Shown one piece after another: positions 39,793-49,952 of a stretch of 64,000 bases of DNA; the stretch's first letter is position 1, and each line of letters starts with the position of its first letter. The stretch is taken from contig MU008160.1 in the NCBI GenBank assembly GCA_010909165.1, forward strand, positions 682,001 through 746,000. The letters are read 5' to 3'. The notes beneath the pieces were generated by a model, which worked only from the letters and a program-made list of their open reading frames with translations, was not told where the DNA came from and searched no databases. Source of the DNA: Anthoceros angustus (lineage: Eukaryota; Plantae; Anthocerotophyta). The position numbers and the translations under genes were made by a program.

Positions 39793-40129
39793 CTCCACTC
39801 CAATTTTGCAGCAATACAATAACTGCAACAACAACACGAGACACATGCTTTAAGCGGGAGCGCACCGTGAGCAACGCGGAAGATCACCTCTCACCCCGAC
39901 AGCAGATGCAGGGCGCGGATGCACAGTGCGCCACGGTTATCTCCACCAGCGCGCGCGGCGGAGGGCGCGGGCTCGCACCAGCGGGCGCGGATGCGCGGAG
40001 CGCGCGATGAGGCGCGATGCGGCGCCACCATGTGCGGGCAGTGATGGCTTCGGCGAGCGCGTGGGAGGCGAGGCCAACCTATCCTCCCCCCCCTCGTGTC
40101 GGTGGCCGGCGGGTATGCTGGATAAGCCC

Positions 40130-40382
40130 AGGCTTATTTATTGCAATTTATTTTATTTATTTTATTTATTTTAGGCCTATTTTATTTTAGGCCTATTTTA
40201 TTTTATGCAATCAAATTATTTATTTTAGGCCTATTTTATTTTATTTTATTTATTTTATTTTAGGCCTATTTTATTTTATTTTATTTTAGGCCTATTTTAT
40301 TTTATTTATTTTAGGCCTATTTTATTTTATTTATTGCAATTTATTTTATTTATTTTATTTATTGCAATTTATTTTATTTATT
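40130..40382. repeat. AT-rich low-complexity array (ttttaggcctattttatttta / ttgcaa units) in the Copia-C 3' region
   Basis: Directly visible. Confidence 0.85.
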
Positions 40383-42608
40383 CATCAAGCATCTTAAGTT
40401 TTAGCATTTTCTTAGGCTTATAACTTTTGATTAAGTGGGAGTCTATCTATGATTTAGACCTCATTTTGAAGCTAGAATTCACCCCTACATTCATAGTGAG
40501 TGGGAGTGATGAAATAGGTCTAGCTTAGGGCACTATTCATTAGGGCCTAATTACTCAAACATTAATTTAGAGCTAGGGCTTTAGGTAGTTAGTTGTTAGT
40601 TAGTTACAACAACTTATAGTTGCAACAACTTATGGTTGCAACAACTTATGGTTACAACAACATATTGTTGTAACCACCCAGCCTATTTAAAGGCTTGTAC
40701 TTTACTCATTAATCAATTCATTCCATTGTTTCTCTTCTATCAAAGAGCTATTGATTCTTTATCGAGAGAGCTCGAAGCGAAAGCGTGTTGCTGTCCAACC
40801 GGAAGGCGGAAGGAGAACGCAGCGCCATGGCCGGTAAGTTGGCCGAATTGAAGAAGCGGCGGGAGACGGAGCACGCGGAGCAGCAGCAGAGGTTGCAGGA
40901 AGTGACGGAGGTATCTTTGGCGGCCTCAAGAGATTCCGCGCCAGCTTGGGGTGGGCCTTCGCTATAGAGACGCCCAAAGGCCGACTAGCATGCCCAATCC
41001 GCCGAGCACCTCCTGAGAAGGGAGACGGTGGTCTCAAGCCATGTGGAGGAGGCAATTCAACAAGTCGATTCAGACTTTTACCACCACGAGCCCTCAAGGC
41101 CTTGGAGGTCCTGAGCCAACTCAAATCGGCGGACCTGGATGGACTGCAGGAGGATTTAGATGAAGGTCCGAAAACGCCCACCGGACCTTAGTAGCTACTG
41201 CTCGGGGATGAGGGCAGCTGGGAGGAGCCTCGTGAGGAGCAGGACGCGCACACTAGGAGGCATGAGGTAAGCCGTAAACCTTCTAGGGAAGGCAGACGCA
41301 GGCCCCAAGGGGTTGGAGAGGGGAAGTCCGAGGAGACCCAGCCGGGCGGGTCCAACAGCGGGAAGGACCCCTGTGTGGAGAAGTTCAAGGCTGAGTCCGA
41401 CCCCGAGGTCCGAACTGGAAGACTGACCGAGGTCCGGACTCAGTCGAGACCGGACCCCGAGGTCCGGACTGAATAAGGCGGACCCCGAGGTCCGACTCAG
41501 GAGAGGGGACTACCACCAACCCGCCTCATGAGCAGCCTCTCATGGTGGTCCCAGCGGGACCCAATCGGAGGTCCCGAGAGGACGGAGAGGGATGTGGTGG
41601 TTACCGCGTTGTCGCCGCCGGTAGCTCAACCCATGTAGTCTCGGAAGAGAAGGCACCATGGATCATCCGATTGCGCGCCAGAACTGGGCTAGGATTGGGC
41701 CACCAGCCGAGAAGGAACCAAGTACTCCACTCATCACCGACGACGTAGATAGGCGGAATAGGGGAATAGTAGGCAAAGAGCACACCGAGCTGGCTACCAC
41801 TGAATAGGAGTGTAATAGGGCCGCCTAGTAAAGCATCCTTCTTTGGGTGGATACCATGCCTTCCTTGTAGACCTCAGGCGTCTGTTAACGCGAGTCCCGA
41901 GTCACCAGGTGCACGATACCCGTGAGAGATCGATCAAGGTCCCGTGACCAACGGGTGGTGGTGTGTGCAGGAACGATCGAGACCCTTGCTCTTCCAGATG
42001 GGCCGACGCTTGACGGACCGAATGCGTGAGCCGGTGGAACTCCGTGAGGGCGGTGAGCCCGAACGGAGAGCTCGGTACGACGACGAGGTCCGGACTAACC
42101 CACCCACTCTTCCCAAAAGAACGAAAGGAAAGAGAGTGGTGAGGAGAACGGCCCAGACGAACGAGGGACGGATCGTAGGATACGGACGCCGAACGAGTCT
42201 CAAACATTTGGCCACTCGGCCCGCTCGATGAACGCAGAGTAATTAGTCGAAATCGCGAGCGAAGGCGGCCTTTTAAGTCCAAACGTCACGACGGTGAGGT
42301 GAGAATCGCTGAGACGTACAAACGAACCTATCATTCTTGGAATGGACCCTTGCTACAACGACACAGATGCAGGCGCGCCGGGCCGTCAGCTAGCGAAAGT
42401 CGCGCCACATTTTTAGCGCCGCTGCCGGGGAATGAGATCGTTCCGTAGCATAGTGCGAAGGTAAGAGTGAATGCGTAGAGGACGAGAGGTAGTCAAGAAC
42501 GAATCGGTGGGTGAGCCAGACGTCGTAACTGCCAGAGCGTTCAGAGCTCGGGAACGAGAAAGGCGGTAGGCTCAACGCGAAGGTCCCAGCAGGCAGGTAA
42601 GTGGGAGC

Positions 42609-45600
42609 GTGGTAGAGTTATCAGACCACGAGGAGGACGGATTGGAAAGTCCGGCGGTGGAAGTAAGTGGGACGGTGAATCCCCAACCACTGCTGGTCGC
42701 GGCTATGGCTACGACGTCAACGAAGCAAGCATACTCCCTCTTTGGGGGTAAGAAGGAGAGGGATGCGGAAACCTTCATGGAAGATTTCGTGTCACGGGCG
42801 AATTTCAACGGAGAAGGCACGGACGCACAGCTCATTAAACTGTTTCAGGGGGTTCTTCGGGGAACGGCGGCTCAGTGGTACCGGAGGAAGTATCGGGCAC
42901 CACAGAACGCCCCCCCTGCGACCTTTGAAGCTCAAGGATGCTCCCGAGATTCTGCAGAATCGACCAAGGCTACGGCCCCCAAAGCTCGAGAATCAAGAGG
43001 GAAAGACGAGAAGCTGGATCACATCGAAGGCGGTTCTACGCCTCCCGGACCGACATCCCACCCACACCACCATGCAGGCGGTACGATGGTTCGCGGTCGC
43101 CTACCAAGCCTATGGCAAGCATGTGTATGCCGAGAAAGATGTGAGTAAGTTCAAGGCCGAGAACTACGAAGAGTCGATGCACCAACGAAGAACGAAGACG
43201 ACCCAAGGAGGGAAGAAGAAGAAGAAGAAGAGAAGGAGTTCGGAGTACGAAGATGAGGAGCAGTCGGAAGAGGAAGAAGACGAGACCAAGGTTTCTTCAG
43301 GAGGAGGAGGAGGAGCTCTCGGAAGTGGAGTCCGAAGTCTCTACGGAGGAGGAAGAGTCCCGTTGTAAAAATAAAAAGAAGAAGGCCATGGCGAGGGAAA
43401 GGCGGGAAGAAGGAGGTTATGATGCTCGCCCCGGTACGGGAGGCCCCAACAGATCCGGCCCCCTTAAAGGAAGTAGCTGGCCTAAGGGAGGAGTTGGAAC
43501 GGGTAATGAAGAAGGTGGAGGAGTTAACGATCAATCAGGTAAAGGATCGCGAGCGGCGGAAGGTGGCCACCACGGTCAGAACTCATTTATGGTGTGCGGT
43601 ATGCCATCAACATGGGCACTCGAAGGCTAACTGCCCCTCAAGACCGGTGGACCAAGTGGAGTACGACTACGAGGAAGAGTCCGAGGAGCAATGCGAGGAC
43701 ACATACCAAGTGCAGGAAGCTCCTCCGAGGCCACGATACCCAAAGACAATGTATCCTACGGCGGGGGGTCCGTCCATGCCCCGTCCGCCGATACAACACC
43801 GCATGGGGGCACCCCCGGGAATCCTCAGGGTGGCGGTGGTCTGTTGGAATTGTGGTAACCCGGGGCACTACTCCAACGCCTGCCCATACCCCACCAGGCA
43901 AGGTAATGGAGATTTCGAGCGCCTGTGTGGAGATTGCAAACAGGCGGGCCATATGGCGGGCAGCACCTTGTGCACGAATCCTTGCACAAGGACGGTGCGC
44001 TACGCCACTCCTGCTGGGGAACCTCGACCTCCCACACCCCCCATTCCCAAGGCTGCACCGATACTGCAAATTGAAGACGTGTAACTGGCGGAGTGGGAGG
44101 AGACACTGAGGGAACCCGGGACGGTGGAGCGTGAGGAAGGTGCGACTAGTCTGAGGGAGGAGAAGGTGGCCATGGAGGTACTGGAGGTGTCAACCCGAAG
44201 CTGCCGAAGGGAGCGAAAGGAGAGAAGGCAGCTGAAAAGGAAGAAGAACGGAGAGAGTACTACGGATACGAAGGAGGGTACTCAAGCAAGGGAGGAGGAA
44301 CTAGCCAAGGAAGGGGAGTTGAACCGGGCAGCCCCCGGAGGAATCACCCGAGGAGAAACTCCCTGAGACAGCGAAGGGAAGCACGGACCCACCCAAGGCA
44401 ACACCCCAGTTTCCGCCGGATGTGGTTCGAGAAGTGACGGAGATGCTTCAAGAGGAAATCCAACAGGATCCGGAGGTGGTGCGGCCACAGCGGAGCGGTG
44501 GTGGACAGCTAGGAGATCCGCAGCGGACACACGGCGTAAATAAGGAGTCCTCCACGCCGTTCAAGGTGGCAGACTTGATGATGAACCAACAGCACCTAGT
44601 ATCATTTCGGCATCTATTGAGAGATAACCCAAAGTACCGGCACGAGGTCCGACGGGCCATCAAGGAAACACAACCACGCCGGAGCACCTCTGGTCGTAAA
44701 ACCAAACCGGTGGAGGTAAGGGTGGTATCCCACACAGACCCAGGGGCGCCGGTGGTTCAGGTGGAAATCGCTGGGTGCGTAATCAAGAACGTGCCCATGG
44801 ACACGGGTTCGGGGGTCAATCTCATCACGGAGGCCACGGCAAGACGTTTGGGGTTCACTACGTTTGAGCCCTCCACCAAAACCCTCAGGATGGCGGACAT
44901 GTCGAGGCGCGCGTCTGCGGGGGAGCTGTCCGAAGTCCTCGCAAATATAGCAGGAGCACCCTACACGCTGGATTTCGTGTTCATCAAGCCCGCAGGACCC
45001 TTGGGGTACGAGGTGCTGTTAGGACGCCCCTGGCTCGGACTCGCCCAAACGAAACTACACTTCGGCAGGAAGGAGATCCATTTTAAACCAGTAGACTGGG
45101 ATCCGAAGGTAAGAGAAGGGCGAGTGGCGATCACCTGGAGCAAGGACACATATTGTGGGGAAACCGTGAGCACCACGGAGGGGTACACCTCCGTTGAGGA
45201 CAGTATGGATGACGAGCGGGAGGATACGAACGAAGCCTATCCTTTCCCCAAGATCTCGTGGTCCGAGGAGGAGATGGACTATCGGCGGGACGCTTTTGGA
45301 GCAGAGGTCGTCGACTGCTTTCGGGTAGACGCCGCTGCGCCAAGCCAGGAAGACGATAGTAGAGAAGAGGGCCCTCCGGACGACGAGGTGGCAGAGCCCG
45401 AAGAAGTGACCCGTTTCACCTCGGACGAACTTTTTCGGGAGTGGGGAATGCGCGAAGATGAACCCCGGATGGAGGATGAAGGGTTTAGTGAGGCCGCGAG
45501 GGAAAGGGAGACAGTCGATCCGGACGATGTGGAAGACTTGGAGGTACGACCCGACAAGTCCTTAAAGTTCCGGAAAGGCATGCCAATGGAGTTGAAGCGA

Positions 45601-45949
45601 GAACTTACACAGCTGTTGGGGGAGTTCAGCGAGGTATTTGCTTTCAAAGTTACGGACATGAAGGGTATCCCGAAACGATGGGGAGAACAGGATAGACATG
45701 AAGCCGGGTGCGGTGCCCGTCCGAATTCGACAGTACAAACTGAATCCCAAACATTCGCTGAAGGTCAAGGAGGTCCTGGACAAATATTTGGAGGCGGACA
45801 TCATCTTCCCAATCGTAAACAGCGAATGGGTGGCACCCATTGTGGTGGTACCCAAGAAGCAGCCCGGACAGATTCGCGTCTACCAGGATTGGAGGAAACT
45901 CAATGCCGCCACCGAGAAGGACCATTTTCCCATGCCTTTCGTGGAGTAA
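42609..45949 (+). pseudogene. Gypsy-2 gag, protease and start of RT
   Basis: ORFs 42609, 43419 (CAVCHQHGHSKANC, CWNCGNPGHYSNAC zinc knuckles), 44422, 45698. Confidence 0.9.
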
Positions 45950-45997
45950 GTACTCCGGACAGATACTCCGACAGGCCGGAGTACTTACTTACTCACA

Positions 45998-46610
45998 GTC
46001 TCTCAGTTCTTGGAAAAACCTGGCAAGGAGCACTGGAGAGCTGTTAAGCGTATCCTGCATTACCTTAAAGGAACCTCAACATATGGATTGTGCTATAGAG
46101 GGGACTCATCAGCCTCACTAGTCACCTTGCAAGGCTATCTTGGTGATTGGCTCTGAGATCACGATGGCCGTAGATCTCTCTGTATTGTTTCTTCCTCTCA
46201 GATGCAGTTGTCAACTGGAGTTCGAAGAAGCAAGTATCATTGGCCTTGTCCTCTACTGAGGTGGAATACAAGGCATTAACAGATTCCTAAGGAGGCGAGA
46301 ATGGGGAGAGGAGTTTCCTCCAAGGGCTCACTTTCTCACAGTCGGAGCCTACCACCATCTTCTGTGATAACCAGTCCACAATTGCTTTGGTGGGGAATCC
46401 TTGTTTCCATGCACGCACGAAACATATAGAAATTCAGCACCATTTCGTGCGTCATTCAGTTGAGAGAAAAGTTGTCAGGATAGAGTATATTTCCACAAAA
46501 TTGAATGCAGCCGATCTGCTTACAAAAGCCTTGCCTACTGCTAAGCACATATTTCACTTAGAGTAGATGGGACTAGTGGATTACCTCACTCTTCCTTCAT
46601 CCTCCTCATA
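45998..46610 (+). pseudogene. Copia-B RT C-terminus and RNase H remnant
   Basis: VSQFLEKPGKEHWRAVKRILHYLKGT; WSSKKQ..ALSSTEVEY; FCDNQS; HARTKHIEIQHHFVR; ADLLTKAL. Confidence 0.9.
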
Positions 46611-47120
46611 GGAGACTGACTAGGGGACCACAGTCGTAGGTCATCCATGCTTGGGATCTGTTAGCCTGCACCTCTGGTTACCCCACGTTTGTTTTTTAGT
46701 TGGCAGTCTGTGGCGGATGAAGCTTTCCTTCCTATCTAATCGCCACTTGCTGCTGGCCTTAATCTGGCAACGGGATATTGGCAGCCTGTGCCAATCTTCT
46801 CCTTAGCTCAGGTTGTCTGTATGCAGCCCTCTATGTCTTCTTCGGCACCGCTGGCGGCTTCACTGCTATGGAGAATGCTACCTGAATATCCCACCCTGCC
46901 AAACAATATGCTTGTTCGGTTGCGTACTGCGTCCAGGGATCCTCTGCTCCGTCTGATGTTGTCCGTCTACGTGCGCGCCTCTTCTGCTCTTGCTCCCAGT
47001 ACTTGATGAGGAGGAAAATGCTACGGCCAGGGCGCAGACTGATAACGCGAGGTGGAGGCTTCTCGTCATCGTTCTCAGCCAGCTATGTTTGCTTGTTAGC
47101 GTGTCGTGGTTAAGGGGGTG

Positions 47121-47340
47121 TGTTGAAACCCTAGCGGACTGGGTTACTGTAACCACGTCACTTGGGATAGATACATAGCTTATGTTAAGGGTTATTTAAG
47201 TATAGCTATAACCCTAGAATGAATAGACACGTACTTACACAATTTTGTATATGAGACGCTTTGCTATTATTGGTAATCATTCTGCTTTGCATATGCTTTA
47301 GTAGCTTCAGCCTCTATCGCAGGCTCGACACAAATTGTCA
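47121..47340 (+). repeat. Copia-B 3' LTR
   Basis: 9 substitutions versus the 5' LTR over 220 bp by manual comparison. Confidence 0.92.
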
Positions 47341-48819
47341 AAGCCCTTAGCACACAACCTAATGGGGTAATCATTTACTATCTTTGTGTATTGTATGTCT
47401 TAGCCCTTACCTCTGTCCAATATGGTGTTGTCATGGTGTAAATTCTTATCTTGCCACTAACCACATGAAAACAATTTTGAGCAATTCAGCAACCAGCACA
47501 TTCGACGCAACGTTCAGGTTAGTAGGTACCTAAAGAAAGGTGGAAATTATATTTGCCAACCTCCCAATTGGCGTTGCAGGTGCTCCATGCGTTCGTTGTT
47601 TATGTTGAGAACGACGACGTCGGGTGGACAAATAAAGCAACAACGGCACACGAGAGGTTCGCCCCGAGGAAGCAACTTTCCAGTTAACCAAAGAGCATAA
47701 ACCCCGGAAAAGATTTTGGATGCAGATCTCCTGGCCATGAACAATAGCTCCCAAATCTCCGCCTCACCTTCGATATCTGGAAGCTTGCACTGCACACCCA
47801 CGGTCTTTACCTTGCAAAGGTTGAGTTGAATGGACAAGATCAATTCCCTTAGGACTAGAGAGCTGGACCGCATGTAGGCCTCGTCCGATTCGATCAAAGC
47901 GCTCAAGTATGGAAGAACTGCCCACAACGTGGAGATGATATCTGCCACATGCATCTCGGCAACCACTGGCTTTGCCCGTAGAGGCTTAATGGTCTAATAA
48001 TATTGCGAGACCAGGATCAGCTTTATAACATCACAAGGAGCAACACCCTACAAAGATATCACTACTATGGAGTACGGGGTGCCCAGATTCACAAAATAAG
48101 CAACACAACCCTAGCCCTAGGGCCCTTGTGTAGGAACTTAGGGTTGCGCCCTCTCCTTCCTACTATCCTACGAGGGAAGGGGCGCTAGATCCGAATGCGC
48201 GCAGTACTCTACATGCACTATATGCATATGATACATACATATGTGGTATTAAGAATGTAAGCCTCAAACCCGCAAAGGATATGTGCTTCATGCTCTTACG
48301 ATGGCACTTCCGTGGATAAGAAGATAAAGCTGCCCTGTAGCTGCCAGCAGCTCAGAGTGTGTTGTGCGTGTGGAAGGGGAAGGGGAATCGCCTTCATCGA
48401 TGGAGGGAAGGCCACACTCAAGAGTCGGAGGAAGGGAGATGTGGGGAGGCTGAGGGATGCTCTGCTTTCTTCCAAATGGGGTTTCAGTCACAGCAAGGCA
48501 TCCATAGGAGTGCCTCAGAATCATTGAAATCTAAAGGCGATACCTCTGCGATGCTTGTAAATCACCGCCGATAAAATTTCCTTCCTCTGCAATGCTTTTA
48601 AATCACCGTTGATAAAATCTCCCACTGTGCCTCAAAGCATTAAAGCAGAAAGCATTTCTGCGTCCACACCAAGTGCCGAACTGTGCTTGTATGAGCACCA
48701 ATACGAACACCAATACAAAAAATCCCAGGCTGATCGTTCGCTTCAGCCAGGCTGTTGGTTTAGACTTAGCTTCGGCAATCAGTATAGACAACTGGACTCG
48801 ACGTTTACCCAGTTTGTCA

Positions 48820-49800
48820 ACCAGCAGTCCTCTTTCGTCAATCAGGTTGTGCAGCTGCCTGCCCTTCTGTAAGGAACCAGTGCTTGCACAGGCCTTCGGA
48901 CGGAAGCACAAGTACAATGGTCATCCAAAATGAGGCCCTCCTGCTCCATTTGTCCATACAGAACAAGCGCCTCATGTCCAAGCCCTTGCTGGCAAACCCA
49001 GCCATCAGGAAGTCCACCACATTCTTTATATTCATGGTGTCAAAAACCTGGCGTGCATCTTTCAGTAAACAAGATTTTGCATACCCAGCCATCAGGTGTT
49101 CCATGTGACCACCTCCTTTGTCAAGAACCAGCCGTGCATCTTTCAGTTCACCACATTTTGCATACACGTCCACCACGGCAGGTACCAACAAACAGGTCAG
49201 GAGGTCTGCCACTGTGCAATCATCACAATGCACTTTCCTGCCCGATTCCAAGTTAGAGCAAATGCAGGAGCTTGAAGGGCAGCTACAAAGATGTGAGCAT
49301 CCGCCTTCACTCCTGACCTACACATCTCATCGTACAGTTGTATGGCCTCATTAGGTTTCCCGTGCTTAGCCTGTGCAGAGAATATGGGAACCGCATGATA
49401 ACATTTGATTTCCCCACCCTGGTGAGCGCATCCATGGCCTCCTCTAGAGCCTGCTTCCACGTGCATACATGCACAAGATATGGTTCCCCAGCTATGCATT
49501 CAAATGGTAGACAAGTTGACAGCCAGATCATGAACTCATCGCCCCACAACCAAATCCTTTTTAGCTGTATACTGGTCCACAGCCAAATCCTTCTTAGCTG
49601 TACACGGCTATAGCACCCGTGTAAAACAGAGACTGAGAAATGGCAGAGTCTGCTTGTGCCAGATCCAGGCTCCAGCGAACTCCGAAAGCTTCCCTTGCTG
49701 TCAAAACACGCTAAAGTTCCAGCCATTACAACGCCCATTCCCGGGGAGGAATGCCTGTGAGGCTCATGCTTGTCCGAAAGGCTCGACTTTGAAGGATTTT
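48820..49800 (-). pseudogene. Degenerate, truncated PLS-PPR paralogue of the adjacent gene
   Basis: MGVVMAGT, AKHGKPNEAIQLYDEMCRSGVKADAHIF, VDVYAKCGELKDAR, ACASTGSLQKGRQLH, colinear with 51041..52915; many frameshifts. Confidence 0.85.
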
Positions 49801-49952
49801 GATGACGCTAAGAGGTGGATTAGTGTTACCAAAGTATGTCCGTTCCTGTCTCAGTTTGGACAGGAATGGAGTTAAGAAATTGATTTCACCCCGAAGTGAA
49901 ATGCAATATCCTCTGGGGTACACACTTGCACACTGGCTTTTTCTTCATTACT

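Larger units (their letters stand above)
33174..40763 (+). mobile_element. Ty1/Copia LTR retrotransposon (Copia-C), full length, nested in Gypsy-2; TSD GAGAG
   Basis: LTRs 33174-33431 and 40507-40763; PBS tggtatcgagc 33432; PPT agtgagtgggag; gagag at 33169-33173 and 40764-40768. Confidence 0.92.
30946..41266 (+). pseudogene. Gypsy-2 extra ORF1, interrupted by Copia-C
   Basis: MGPKKAVEVWEPW...; TKVDHLGDNLLVFLHALQRGKRADWGRIIFARINQEARKL..LSPFLIHVWGH; coiled-coil-like 32358..32732; resumes at 40769, colinear with Gypsy-1. Confidence 0.75.
30215..45997 (+). mobile_element. Ty3/Gypsy non-chromovirus element (Gypsy-2), same family as Gypsy-1, truncated in RT, nested in Copia-B
   Basis: Starts TGGTAGGTAATAAG; ORF1 from 30946, gag 42609-44084, PR (VPMDTGSGVNLI), RT start (EWVAPIVVVPKK, DWRKLNA, DHFPMP); ends ...tactcaca; no TSD found. 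Confidence 0.88.
25029..47340 (+). mobile_element. Ty1/Copia LTR retrotransposon (Copia-B), host of nested insertions; TSD AAGCC
   Basis: 220-bp TG..CA LTRs at 25029-25248 and 47121-47340; PBS tggtatcagagc 25249-25260; PPT taaggggg 47111-47118; aagcc at 25024-25028 and 47341-47345. Confidence 0.93.

Noticed and set aside
44082-44087. TAA between Gypsy-2 gag and pol as programmed readthrough
   Set aside because: The homologous position in Gypsy-1 appears to be CAA, so a point mutation is more likely
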